From: a bacterium
Lineage (GTDB): Bacteria; Electryoneota; Electryoneia; Electryoneales; Electryoneaceae
Assembly (NCBI GenBank): GCA_963675295.2
Contig: CAXXKJ010000002.1
Span: 3,136,001-3,200,000, forward strand
Reading direction: 5' to 3'
DNA: 64,000 bases
Shown here: piece after piece, positions 46,874-56,783 of the stretch
Layout: every line of letters begins with the position of its first letter
How positions within the stretch are numbered: position 1 is the first letter of the stretch
The notes under the pieces: model-generated
Databases searched by the model: none
What the model saw: only the letters and a program-made list of their open reading frames with translations
What the model was told of the DNA's origin: nothing
Made by a program: the position numbers and the translations under genes

Positions 46874-48145
46874 ATGCGGAAACTAGGTACGGTCCTCGCG
46901 CTGCTGTTCTACACACTGGGAGTGGCGCGGGCGGATATTGAGATTGTCACGACGGACGATGGATTCAACCTGTCGCTGGACGCGAATGTCCGTGCGAGAT
47001 ATGAGCTGGACGCCCGCGATTTCAACGCCGACACCGGCATGTCGGACTATGGCAACCTGCGCACGATGATCGGCGTCAAGGTGCAGCCGAATGACCACGT
47101 GCTGTTGCGTGCGAAGTTCAAGGAATCACGCTATCTCGGGACGCAACAGTCGAACAACCTTCCCACCGCGCAGCTGCAGATGCAGGAAGCGTACATGCGC
47201 GTGAATCGCCTCTGGGACAAGGACATCGCACTGCAGGTGGGAAGGTTTGAAATGTCCCATGGGCGTTATCGGATTCTCGGCACCGGAACATGGAACATCA
47301 ACGGCCCTCGTGCTTACGACGGTGTGCTCGTCAACGTCGAAACCGGTTACGGGTCCTGGGATCTTGCCGCGGCGAAGATCATCGACTACGAACAGGCTGG
47401 ATTGTTGAACGCGACGTACGGCACCGCGTATCAGGCGGAGAACGCTGACCGCAACCTGTTCGTTCTCGCCGGTTCGCTGCTGGACGGTTCGATCCAACCC
47501 TTGCTCACCGCCGACCTCGACAACAGCCTGCAGGGAGCGGACGATCCAACGCACATCTACACCGCCGGGGTGTATCTCAACCGCACCATCGGGGCGTTCC
47601 GGCTGGATGCCGACGCCGCAGTCCAAACCGGCACGAAAAACGATCGCGACTTGTCCTCGTGGCTGCTGGCGGTGGATGCACGCTACTCCTTCGACGGCGC
47701 TCGCAAACCCTACCTCGGTGTTGGCGTCGATATCGCTTCCGGCAACAAATACGACGAGGATTCCGCAACCGATAACGACCAGGTGTTCTACACGCCGTTC
47801 ATGTCGCGCCACCGCTTCAAGGGCCTGATGGATTATTTCCGCGATGTCCGGCGAGGACTGGTTGATGGCGTCGTCCACGCGGGCCTGAAGCTGTGGACCG
47901 GGGCCCGGCTTGATCTCGACATCCACAACTTCGCCTGGTTCGCGGAAGACAGGTACCTCGACACGAACGGCAAGCCCGTCACGTTCACCCAACTGGGCCA
48001 AGAAGCCGATCTGCGCCTGCGATTCCCCGTTTACGACGCGGTATCGGTTGATGCGGCCTGGTGCGTATTCCTGCCGAACGATGACTGGAAACCGGACGGC
48101 GACCCGTCCCACTTCGCCTACCTGGCGATCACGACCACGTTCTGA
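46874..48145 (+). CDS. Alginate-export-family outer-membrane porin
   Basis: Signal peptide, R.RYE, QEAY, VGR.E...G..RILG...W....RAYDG, SG, H.F.G.MDYF, LGQE.D. Terminal Phe. Confidence 0.8.
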   Translation: MRKLGTVLALLFYTLGVARADIEIVTTDDGFNLSLDANVRARYELDARDFNADTGMSDYGNLRTMIGVKVQPNDHVLLRAKFKESRYLGTQQSNNLPTAQLQMQEAYMRVNRLWDKDIALQVGRFEMSHGRYRILGTGTWNINGPRAYDGVLVNVETGYGSWDLAAAKIIDYEQAGLLNATYGTAYQAENADRNLFVLAGSLLDGSIQPLLTADLDNSLQGADDPTHIYTAGVYLNRTIGAFRLDADAAVQTGTKNDRDLSSWLLAVDARYSFDGARKPYLGVGVDIASGNKYDEDSATDNDQVFYTPFMSRHRFKGLMDYFRDVRRGLVDGVVHAGLKLWTGARLDLDIHNFAWFAEDRYLDTNGKPVTFTQLGQEADLRLRFPVYDAVSVDAAWCVFLPNDDWKPDGDPSHFAYLAITTTF

Positions 48146-48219
48146 TTCCATCGAATAGGGAAACGACGACCCGCAGACCTGAAGCTTGGGCACAGGCCTG
48201 CGGTTGTGGGAGATAAACG

Positions 48220-49290
48220 ATGAAAACGAAGTGTGCACTAGTAACGATTGTCACAGCGGCTCTATTCCTGTTCACAGCCGGTTGCGGGAAGAAACAACTG
48301 GATACCGGCACGCCGGTTACGCTGCTCAACGTGTCCTACGATCCAACACGCGAGTTGTACCGCGAATACAACGCCCGGTTTTCGCAGAGCTGGCTGGCGC
48401 AGACAGGCCAGACTGTCACCATCGAAATGTCGCACGGCGGGTCAGGCAAACAGGCGCGGTCTGTAATCGACGGGCTGGAGGCGGATGTGGTTACGCTGGC
48501 GACGGCGTCCGACATCAACGCCATCGCCGCGAACTCCGGCCTGTTGCCGGTAACCTGGCAGTCGCAACGTCCGCACAACAGCGCGCCGTATTACTCGACG
48601 ATGGTGTTCATCGTGCGGGAAGGGAATCCGAAGCATATCCGCGACTGGGGTGATCTGGTGCGGGAAGACGTTTCCGTCATCACGCCGAATCCGAAGACTT
48701 CCGGCGCGGCGCGTTGGAGCTACCTCGCAGCGTGGGCATGGGCGATGCACAACACGCCAGATTCTTCGCTTGCCACGGACTTAAGTCCATCGCAATACAG
48801 CCACGTCCGCGCCTGGATGGCTGACCTCTACGCCAATGTCCCGGTGCTCGACAGCGGCGCACGCGGCGCGTCCAACACCTTCACCCAGAACCAGCTCGGG
48901 GACGTGCTGATCAACTGGGAGAACGAAGCGTTCCTGATGAACGAGGAGATGGCGGATCAGGGCTTCGAGATCGTCGTGCCTTCGATCAGCATCCTCGCCG
49001 AACCGCCGGTCGCGCTGCTACCGGTGAACGCGAAGAAACACGGAACGGAAACAGTCGCCAACGCCTACCTCGATTCGCTGTACACCTGGACCACGCAGAA
49101 GATGGTCGGGCAATTCCATTACCGACCACGCAATCAGGAAGCGTTCGCCCTGTACACGGACAAATTCCCCGAGCTGAACCTGGTCACCGTGGATGACTTC
49201 GGCGGCTGGGGCAAGGCGCAGGCCGAGCATTTCAATGACGGCGGCGTGTTTGACGACATCATGCGTACCGTGCGGGAAAGCAGACGATGA
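48220..49290 (+). CDS. sbp: Sulfate ABC transporter substrate-binding lipoprotein
   Basis: LLNVSYDPTRELY, SHGGSGKQAR.VIDGL.ADVVTLA, TPNPKTSG.ARW, WENEA, HF.DGG.FD. Lipobox TAGC. Confidence 0.93.
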   Translation: MKTKCALVTIVTAALFLFTAGCGKKQLDTGTPVTLLNVSYDPTRELYREYNARFSQSWLAQTGQTVTIEMSHGGSGKQARSVIDGLEADVVTLATASDINAIAANSGLLPVTWQSQRPHNSAPYYSTMVFIVREGNPKHIRDWGDLVREDVSVITPNPKTSGAARWSYLAAWAWAMHNTPDSSLATDLSPSQYSHVRAWMADLYANVPVLDSGARGASNTFTQNQLGDVLINWENEAFLMNEEMADQGFEIVVPSISILAEPPVALLPVNAKKHGTETVANAYLDSLYTWTTQKMVGQFHYRPRNQEAFALYTDKFPELNLVTVDDFGGWGKAQAEHFNDGGVFDDIMRTVRESRR

Positions 49291-50117
49291 AGCACTCTTC
49301 CGCACGAGTGCTGCCGGGATTCGGCCTGTCACTGGGCATAACCGTCACCGGACTGTCGCTGTTCGTGCTGATCCCGATCGCGGTGCTGTTCCTGCGTGCG
49401 ATGGGCATCACGGTCGACAAGTTCGTCACCGAGGTGTTCTCCGAGCGTGCGATGGCGACGTACCGCGTCACCATCGGGATGGCATTTCTCGCGGCGGTGG
49501 TCAACGTGATCATCGGAGTGCTGATCGCTTGGACATTGACCCGGTACAGCTTTCCCGGCAAGCGGCTGCTTGACGGGATGGTAGACCTGCCGTTCGCCCT
49601 GCCGACTGCTGTCGCCGGGATCACGCTAGCTGTGTTGTACGGACCCAATGGCTGGATCGGTTCGTTGTTTGGGCACCTCGGGGTACAGATCGCGTTCACA
49701 CCGGTCGGGATTTGGCTCGCGATGATCTTCATCGGGATGCCGTTCGTGATCCGGTCGGTCCAACCGGTGCTGGAAGAATTTGACCCGTCCCACGAAGAGG
49801 CGGCGTCCAGTTTAGGTGCGAAGCCGTCTGCTGTGTTCCGCCGGGTGATCCTGCCGACGCTGCTGCCATCCATCCTGACCGGCTTTTCGCTGGCGCTGGC
49901 GCGCGGTTTGGGTGAATACGGGTCGGTGATCTTCATCGCCGGGAATCTGCCGTACGATACTGAGGTCACCTCGCTGTACATCGTCGCCCAACTCGAGGAA
50001 TACGATTACCAGGGCGCAACCTCCATCGCGGTGATGATGCTCGTCATCTCGTTCCTGATGTTGATGGCGTTGAACCTGATCCACCGTCTGCTCCCCTCGC
50101 AGGAGGGTGACCGGTGA
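49287..50117 (+). CDS. cysT: Sulfate ABC transporter permease CysT (CysU)
   Basis: VLPGFGLSLG, DLPFALPTAVAG, EEAASSLGA, ARGLGEYGSVIFIAGN. Confidence 0.93.
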   Translation: MKHSSARVLPGFGLSLGITVTGLSLFVLIPIAVLFLRAMGITVDKFVTEVFSERAMATYRVTIGMAFLAAVVNVIIGVLIAWTLTRYSFPGKRLLDGMVDLPFALPTAVAGITLAVLYGPNGWIGSLFGHLGVQIAFTPVGIWLAMIFIGMPFVIRSVQPVLEEFDPSHEEAASSLGAKPSAVFRRVILPTLLPSILTGFSLALARGLGEYGSVIFIAGNLPYDTEVTSLYIVAQLEEYDYQGATSIAVMMLVISFLMLMALNLIHRLLPSQEGDR

Positions 50118-51175
50118 ACAACTCACGGTTCCATCCAACCAACGAACGTGGCCGCGTCTGCTTGCGGACGCGGACCGACCGGATCGCGACGACAATCGAA
50201 CGTGACCGTGTCTCCCCAATCCAGCCACGGTCTGCCTCCGGGTTGAGCGACGCTGACGGAGTGGTCAGCACGCAGGCACAGTCTGGCGACGTGACGGCGG
50301 GCGTGTTGCGCCCTCCTCGTCCTCAACCCGTATTCCCGTCCACCCGCACCTTCCTGTCCGCGCGGGTGGTTCTGACCACCTGCACCATCGTGCTGATGAG
50401 TCTGCTGCTGATTCTGCCGCTGGTGCAGGTGTTTCTCGCCGCGTTTCGCAACGGGGCCGGGTTCTGGCTCAGCACGCTGACCGATCCGTTCACCCTGTCA
50501 GCGTTGAAATTAACTGCCATCGCCGTGCTGATCGCGGTGCCGTTGAACACGGTGTTCGGCATCGCGGCGGCGTGGTTGCTGACCCGTCACCGAGTCCCGG
50601 GACGCAGTGCGATCCTGACCCTGATCGATCTACCTTTCAGCGTGTCGCCAGTAGTCTCGGGACTGATGTTCATCCTCATCTTCGGCGCGCATTCGGCGCT
50701 TGGCGTGTGGCTGATCGAGCACGGTGTCCAGGTTGTGTTTGCCGTGCCCGGGATCGTGTTGGCGACGGTGTTTGTCACCTTCCCGTTCGTCGCGCGCGAA
50801 CTGATCCCGGTGATGGAAGCGATCGGGCCTGAAGAGGAGATGGCGGCGGTCAGCCTCGGCGCGCGTGGCTGGCAGATGTTCCGCCGTATCACCCTGCCAA
50901 ACATTCGCTGGGGGTTGCTGTACGGCATCATCCTGTGTACCGCCCGCGCGGTCGGTGAGTTCGGCGCGGTGTCGGTTGTGTCGGGGCATATCCGTGGCCG
51001 GACCAACACCCTGCCGCTGCACATCGAAGTCCTGTTCAACGAATACCAGACCGCCGCGGCGTTCGCCGTCGCCAGTGTGCTCACCCTGTTCGCCGTGTTC
51101 ACGCTGGTCATCAAGGAAGTGGTCTCACGACGGCTGGCGATCACCGAACCCGCAGGTCATGAGGGCAACGCATGA
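50114..51175 (+). CDS. cysW: Sulfate ABC transporter permease CysW (long N-terminal extension)
   Basis: [57 protein letters not shown]. Confidence 0.92.
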   Translation: MNNSRFHPTNERGRVCLRTRTDRIATTIERDRVSPIQPRSASGLSDADGVVSTQAQSGDVTAGVLRPPRPQPVFPSTRTFLSARVVLTTCTIVLMSLLLILPLVQVFLAAFRNGAGFWLSTLTDPFTLSALKLTAIAVLIAVPLNTVFGIAAAWLLTRHRVPGRSAILTLIDLPFSVSPVVSGLMFILIFGAHSALGVWLIEHGVQVVFAVPGIVLATVFVTFPFVARELIPVMEAIGPEEEMAAVSLGARGWQMFRRITLPNIRWGLLYGIILCTARAVGEFGAVSVVSGHIRGRTNTLPLHIEVLFNEYQTAAAFAVASVLTLFAVFTLVIKEVVSRRLAITEPAGHEGNA

Positions 51176-52242
51176 GCATCCGTGTCGAATCGATCACCAA
51201 ATCCTGGGGCAATTTCACCGCGCTGCGGGACATTTCGCTGGACGTTCACGACCACGAGCTGCTGGCGTTACTCGGGCCGTCCGGATCAGGCAAAACCACT
51301 CTGCTGCGCATCGTCGCCGGCCTCGAAACCGCCGACCATGGCGAAATTTACCTGCACGACGAGAAGGCGACACATCATCACGTGCGCAACCGGCGGATCG
51401 GTTTCGTCTTCCAGCATTACGCCATTTTCCGGCACATGACGGTCTTCGAGAACATCGCGTTCGGACTGCGTGTCCGGCCACGGAAAGAGCGTCCCAGCGA
51501 ATCTGAGATCCACAAGCGAGTACATGAGCTGCTGAATCTCGTCCACATCGAACAGTTCGCATACCGGAAACCGTCGCAGCTGTCCGGCGGGCAACGGCAA
51601 CGTGTCGCGCTCGCCCGTGCGCTGGCGGTGCAGCCGAAAGTGCTGCTGCTCGATGAACCGTTCGGCGCGTTGGACGCCCGCGTGCGTCAGGAACTGCGCG
51701 GCTGGTTGCGCAACCTGCAGAAGGAGCTCGGCATAACCACGGTGATGGTCACGCACGATCAGGAAGAGGCGATGGAAGTCGCCGACCGGATCGTGATCAT
51801 GAACGAGGGCCGGATCGAACAGGCCGGCAGCCCGAACCAGCTGTGGGAACACCCGGCCAACGCCTTCGTCTTCGATTTCCTCGGCAACTCGAACCTCTAC
51901 CACGGCCTGGTGCACTCCGGCTTCATCGAGCTGCCCGGCTGGAAGATGCGGTCCAACGGCTGGCCGGAAGGCGGCGAAGTGGATGTCGGCGTGCGAACTT
52001 TTGATGTGCGTATCGCACCGTCGCGGAATGGCTCCGGTCGAGTGAAGCGGCTGATCTCTTCCGGGGAATTCGTGCGGCTCGAAATTGAATTACCGCAGGA
52101 GAAGCGTCTCAACGCTCAGATTCACAAGTGCGACCCGTCCCTGGTCGGCGTCCAGGAGGGGACTCCGGTCCGTTTTGAACCACTGAAAGCCTTTGTATTC
52201 CACGATCAGGTAACCACGGGGGTGCCTTTGACCGTTCACTGA
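51172..52242 (+). CDS. cysA: Sulfate ABC transporter ATP-binding protein
   Basis: [45 protein letters not shown]. Confidence 0.93.
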   Translation: MSIRVESITKSWGNFTALRDISLDVHDHELLALLGPSGSGKTTLLRIVAGLETADHGEIYLHDEKATHHHVRNRRIGFVFQHYAIFRHMTVFENIAFGLRVRPRKERPSESEIHKRVHELLNLVHIEQFAYRKPSQLSGGQRQRVALARALAVQPKVLLLDEPFGALDARVRQELRGWLRNLQKELGITTVMVTHDQEEAMEVADRIVIMNEGRIEQAGSPNQLWEHPANAFVFDFLGNSNLYHGLVHSGFIELPGWKMRSNGWPEGGEVDVGVRTFDVRIAPSRNGSGRVKRLISSGEFVRLEIELPQEKRLNAQIHKCDPSLVGVQEGTPVRFEPLKAFVFHDQVTTGVPLTVH

Positions 52243-52325
52243 CCAACATCATTGCAATCTTGCGACGGTGACTTCTCGTGGGTTATCTTGTGCACAGGAT
52301 CACAAGTAACCCACAGGAGTCGTTT

Positions 52326-53723
52326 GTGAAATCCGCCCAGTTCCGCATACCCTCCTCCGATCCCCTCGCCACTATCCTCGAAAGCCTCACAGAGGGGGTG
52401 ATGACGGTCGATCTCGACGATAACATCACCTCCTTCAACCGGGCAGCGGAAAAGATGACTGGCGTACCGCGCCACAACGTGTTCGGCCAACGGTGCAGCG
52501 ATGTGCTGCGCTCCAGCATCTGCGAGGCGAACTGTCCATTACGGGAAACCCTCGAGACCGGCGAACCGGTGATCGCACGCCGGGCGTACATCTTCAACGC
52601 CGCCGGGAAACGCATTCCGGTCAGCATCAGCGCGTCGCCACTGCGTAACCCCGATGGAAAACTGATCGGCGGAGTGGAAACCTTCCGTGACCTGAGCGTC
52701 GTCGAAGAATTGCGCAAGACGATCACCGTCGGCTACAGCTTCGAGGATATCATCAGCAAAAGTCCGTCGATGCGGAAGCTGTTCGACATCCTTCCGGCGA
52801 TCGCACGCAGCAACGCAGTCGTGATGATTGAGGGCGAGAGTGGTGTCGGCAAGGAACTGCTGGCGCGGGCGATCCACAACCTCGGGCCGAACAAGGACAA
52901 GCCGCTGGTCAACGTCAACTGCGGCGCACTGCCGGATTCTCTGCTCGAATCGGAACTGTTCGGCTACAAGGCCGGCGCGTTCACCGACGCCCGTAAGGAC
53001 AAACCGGGGCGTTTCGCCGTCGCGGCGGGCGGCACCATTTTCCTTGACGAAATTGGCGATATTTCGATGGCGATGCAGGTTCGGCTGCTTCGCGTGTTGC
53101 AGGAAAAGGTCTACACCCCACTCGGCGCGGTCCATGAGGAGCCGATGACCGCGCGGGTGATCGTCGCGACGCACCGTGACTTGGAAGCGCTGGTCGAACA
53201 GGAAAAATTCCGTCTCGACCTCTATTTCCGGATCAATGTGATGCGGCTGACCGTGCCACCGCTGCGTGACCGTCGCGAGGACATCCCGCTGCTGCTCGAC
53301 CACCTGATCCAGAAGTACAACCGGTTGTACGGGAAACGCATCGCAACCGTCTCAGCAGATGTCCTCACTCTGCTGATGCACCACGATTTCCCCGGCAATG
53401 TGCGCGAGTTGGAAAACCTGATCGAACACGCGTTCATCCTCTGCACCGGCCTCGTCATCAACACCGAACACCTGCCTTTACGCTTCATCGAACAGGTCGC
53501 GCCTGACCAGGCGGCGATCCCGCAACCGCCGGAATCGTTCGAGGATGTGGAACGGAAGCACCTGATCAGCACGCTTGAGAAGTACAAGTGGCATCGTGAC
53601 CGTACCGCCCGGGCACTGGGGATTCACAAGGCGACGCTATTCCGCAAAATCAAAAAGCTGGAGATCGAACTGCCGGAGCAGGATGGCCGCTCCAACCCTG
53701 CTGCTACCGTCGCAAAACCGTAA
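52326..53723 (+). CDS. PAS-sigma54 activator with C-X8-C-X3-C motif (OrpR-like)
   Basis: PAS with CSDVLRSSICEANC, GESGVGKE, GAFTDA, Fis-type HTH. AGGAG RBS before GTG. Confidence 0.85.
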   Translation: MKSAQFRIPSSDPLATILESLTEGVMTVDLDDNITSFNRAAEKMTGVPRHNVFGQRCSDVLRSSICEANCPLRETLETGEPVIARRAYIFNAAGKRIPVSISASPLRNPDGKLIGGVETFRDLSVVEELRKTITVGYSFEDIISKSPSMRKLFDILPAIARSNAVVMIEGESGVGKELLARAIHNLGPNKDKPLVNVNCGALPDSLLESELFGYKAGAFTDARKDKPGRFAVAAGGTIFLDEIGDISMAMQVRLLRVLQEKVYTPLGAVHEEPMTARVIVATHRDLEALVEQEKFRLDLYFRINVMRLTVPPLRDRREDIPLLLDHLIQKYNRLYGKRIATVSADVLTLLMHHDFPGNVRELENLIEHAFILCTGLVINTEHLPLRFIEQVAPDQAAIPQPPESFEDVERKHLISTLEKYKWHRDRTARALGIHKATLFRKIKKLEIELPEQDGRSNPAATVAKP

Positions 53724-53927
53724 GCATTACCCGCATCGAGCGTCGCGATTCCGCGACGCTAGGCACCGTTTTCTCCCATGACCGAGCCATCATAAGCCCA
53801 CGCGAGAGACCTCCGCCCGGCTCCGGTTCAGTTTACCGGAACTCCTTCCTGCCAGCAAGGATCCCCTTGTCTTCTCCCGACGATGGATCGGCGCTCAACC
53901 CATCTCCTCCCCGTCTCCCGGCTACTT

Positions 53928-53943
53928 CGGCCTCTGAATTGCC
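53928..53943 (+). promoter_or_regulatory. Candidate sigma54 promoter of the NifB/X-like gene
   Basis: CGGCCTCTGAATTGCC (GG-N10-GC with TTGC), ~30 bp upstream of the ATG. Confidence 0.5.
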
Positions 53944-53971
53944 TGATGCGTGACAGCACGCAGGAGGCACG

Positions 53972-54340
53972 ATGCGGATTGCAATTTCAGAATGGAATGA
54001 GATGATCAGCCCGGTGTTTGACGAGACCGGCACGGTGCGTCTTGTCAACCTCGACACCGGTGAGATCCAGCGGTTGCCGTTGTCCGGCCTGGCCGTCGGT
54101 GCCCGCGCGGAAGTGTTGCGCGATGCTGGAGTCAGCGATCTGCTCTGCGGCGCGATTTCGCCGTTCGCGTTGAAGGTGCTGACGATGAGTGGCGTGCGGG
54201 TTCATGCATGGCTGCATGGTCCGATCGATCGTGCGTTGCAGGCGTTCACGGATGGTGATCTGGACGATCCACGGTTCACGATGCCCGGCTGCCAGGCGTT
54301 ACGCGACAATCCGGACCAGGGTTTGGCGGACGAGACATGA
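53972..54340 (+). CDS. NifB/NifX-family (FeMo-co-binding-like / Orange-protein cluster) protein
   Basis: MRIAI..ISPVFD, L...GV..LLCGAIS, G....AL.AF..G.L, F.MPGC. Confidence 0.8.
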   Translation: MRIAISEWNEMISPVFDETGTVRLVNLDTGEIQRLPLSGLAVGARAEVLRDAGVSDLLCGAISPFALKVLTMSGVRVHAWLHGPIDRALQAFTDGDLDDPRFTMPGCQALRDNPDQGLADET

Positions 54341-54401
54341 TACCGGGATCGGTATCCCAAGGCCGCGTTCGGGATTGCTTCGGGCGCGACGGAGATCGGC
54401 G

Positions 54402-56219
54402 ATGAGTACGTTTTCTGACCACCGTGAAAAAGTGCAGGGCGGGTCGCGGTCCCGGGCCAATGGCGCGGCAGGAAACGGGCTGCAACGCACTGAGACTTAC
54501 TACCGCCACCTGCTGAAGACGACGTTATTGCGTCTGCTGCTGATGTATTTCGTACCGCTGTTATTGTTGGCGGGCTTCTTTCACCTGCAGCAGTTGAAGC
54601 TGATGCGGGAGTCGCGTCGCGCCCACCTGCAATCCATCGCCGAGCACCAGGCGTACATGCTCGACCTGTTCCTCCGCGAACGGATCGTCAACCTCGAGAA
54701 CGTGATCGACGACCCCCGTCTGCCGGTACCACCCTCGAATGAGGTGATGGAGCGTCGGCTGGCCGAGTTGCGCAAGACCAGCGACACGTTCGTCGACCTC
54801 GGCTGGTTCAGCACCAGCGGCGATCTGCTCGCGTACGCCGGCCCGCACCCGGATCTCGAGTCCCGCAACTACGGTAAGGAAGCGTGGTTTCTCGAGTTAC
54901 GCGGGTCGGCGGAACAGGTTGTGATCACCGATACCTACATGGGGTTCCGCGAACAGCCGCATTTTACCATCGCGGTGAATCGCATCATTGACGGTCGCTA
55001 CGTCGTGCTGCGGGCAGTGCTGTCGCCGGAACGGATGCGTGAATACCTGACCACGTTGCAGCACAACGAACAGATTGTCACCTCGCTATTGAGCAAGGAT
55101 GGTTCGGTGCAGGTCGTCGCCGGACGCGAGGATCCTGGCCCGGCGCATTCGACCATCGTGCCGCCTCGGGATCCGTGGATCGGCACTGGCGAGCTGCGAG
55201 AGAACGGCTCCAGAACCGCGTACGCGTATGCCTGGTTGCGCGCGACGCCGTGGGCGCTGCTGGTCGAGGGTGAGGATGTCGTTGTGCCGACTGCGTTACT
55301 CGGCGGTGCGTACTCGGCGTTGATGGCACTGATTGGCGCGATCCTGGTGATTGAGTTTCTGGTGATTGTCTACCGGGCACGGGTGGTTGTGCGCAAGCAA
55401 CGGCGCACCGACGAACAGTCGGCGGAGCTGTCCGGCCAGCTGGTTCACGCGGCGAAACTGGCGACGGTCGGGGAGCTTGCAGCGGGCATCGCGCACGAGA
55501 TCAACAACCCGTTGGCGATCATCGCTGAGGAAACCGGGCTGGTTCGTGACCTGATGGACCCGCAGTTTGGCCGCAGCCTGAGCCCGGAACAGCTTAACGA
55601 GCACCTCGACATCATCCACCAGGCGACGTTCCGTTGCCGCGACATCACCCGCAAGTTACTCGGATTCGTGCGGCAGGAGAGCGTCAACCTCGGCGACTAT
55701 GACGTCCGGCAGATCCTCGACAACGTGGTAGACGGTTTGCTCGGACGGGAGTTCGAACTGTCCGGAATCCGTGTTGTCAAGGATTACAGCCCCCATGTCC
55801 CGGAGATCACCACCGATCGTCACCTGCTCGAGCAGGTCTTCCTCAACCTCGTGAAGAATGCCCACGACGCGATGGACGGTTCCGGCACGCTGACCCTGCA
55901 TGTAAGCGCAACGCCGGTGTGTTTGTCCATTTCGGTCAGCGACACCGGGTCCGGCATTCCGCCTGAGCTGCTCGAAAAGATCTTCATGCCGTTTTATACG
56001 ACGAAGGAAGTCGGTAAGGGGACAGGACTTGGCCTGTCGGTCAGCTTCGGCATCATCAAGAGTTTGCAGGGAAATATCTACGTCGACAGCAAACCGGGAG
56101 TCGGCAGCATGTTCACCGTCGAACTGCCGGTAGCCTGGAAATCGTCCCCCCGCGCGTCAGATGCGGGAGTGTGGCAGATGCGGGGCAAAGCCGTTGTTAC
56201 CGAAGGAGGGCAGTCGTGA
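54402..56219 (+). CDS. Cache-domain sensor histidine kinase
   Basis: FVDLG.F, YAGP..L..RNY..E.WF, D.YMGFR..PHF; HEINNPL; GTGLGL. Paralog of 43323-45023. Confidence 0.9.
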   Translation: MSTFSDHREKVQGGSRSRANGAAGNGLQRTETYYRHLLKTTLLRLLLMYFVPLLLLAGFFHLQQLKLMRESRRAHLQSIAEHQAYMLDLFLRERIVNLENVIDDPRLPVPPSNEVMERRLAELRKTSDTFVDLGWFSTSGDLLAYAGPHPDLESRNYGKEAWFLELRGSAEQVVITDTYMGFREQPHFTIAVNRIIDGRYVVLRAVLSPERMREYLTTLQHNEQIVTSLLSKDGSVQVVAGREDPGPAHSTIVPPRDPWIGTGELRENGSRTAYAYAWLRATPWALLVEGEDVVVPTALLGGAYSALMALIGAILVIEFLVIVYRARVVVRKQRRTDEQSAELSGQLVHAAKLATVGELAAGIAHEINNPLAIIAEETGLVRDLMDPQFGRSLSPEQLNEHLDIIHQATFRCRDITRKLLGFVRQESVNLGDYDVRQILDNVVDGLLGREFELSGIRVVKDYSPHVPEITTDRHLLEQVFLNLVKNAHDAMDGSGTLTLHVSATPVCLSISVSDTGSGIPPELLEKIFMPFYTTKEVGKGTGLGLSVSFGIIKSLQGNIYVDSKPGVGSMFTVELPVAWKSSPRASDAGVWQMRGKAVVTEGGQS

Positions 56220-56779
56220 CCCAGGCACTGAAGCGGGTACGGGATCTGATGATCTCGTTGGAACAATACGCCATCGTCGAGGAACAGGCGACGCTACTGG
56301 ACGCCCTGTATGCGCTGGACCGGGCGCAGTCCCATGTGCGTAACAACGGCCATCAGCATCGTGCGGTGCTGGTGCGCAGCCATGGTGGACGCATCGTCGG
56401 CAAGATCGGCCACCTCGCGTTCCTGCGGGCGTTGCGGACGGTGCATGACGACCCGCGCGGCGAAGACCGGTTGCGGCGGGCTGGAGTCGATCAGGAGATG
56501 ATCCGCCGCTCGGAAGGGTTCTACCGGCTGCTCAGCGAGGATGTCACCGACCTGTGTGGCAAGGCGCGCACGATCAAGGCGCGTGAGGCGATGCGTCCGG
56601 TCAGCGAGCGGATTGGTGTCGACGAAAGCCTGATGGATGCATTGGACGCCTTCGAGCGTTGGCAGACCCTGTCGCTGCTTGTCACCGACAACGGCAGCGC
56701 GGTTGGAATTTTACGCGCGGTTGACCTGTTTGACGAAATCGCCACGACGATGAAACGCTGTGCTCAGGGGGAGAAGTGA
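56216..56779 (+). CDS. CBS-domain protein
   Basis: VRDLMI.L..Y..V...ATL.DA, HRAVLV, VGKI, VGILR..DLF. Confidence 0.8.
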   Translation: MTQALKRVRDLMISLEQYAIVEEQATLLDALYALDRAQSHVRNNGHQHRAVLVRSHGGRIVGKIGHLAFLRALRTVHDDPRGEDRLRRAGVDQEMIRRSEGFYRLLSEDVTDLCGKARTIKAREAMRPVSERIGVDESLMDALDAFERWQTLSLLVTDNGSAVGILRAVDLFDEIATTMKRCAQGEK

Positions 56780-56783
56780 GCTG

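Noticed and set aside
46874-48145. Alginate biosynthesis inferred from the alginate-export-family porin
   Set aside because: No alg genes nearby. Its position before sbp points to anion uptake.
50114-50340. Separate element or insertion at the 5' end of cysW
   Set aside because: The frame is open, coupled to cysT with an AGGAGG RBS, and has no repeats or IS ends. Most simply a disordered extension.
53972-54340. Nitrogen fixation inferred from the NifB/NifX-like gene
   Set aside because: No nifHDK in the window, and this family is common in non-diazotrophic anaerobes.
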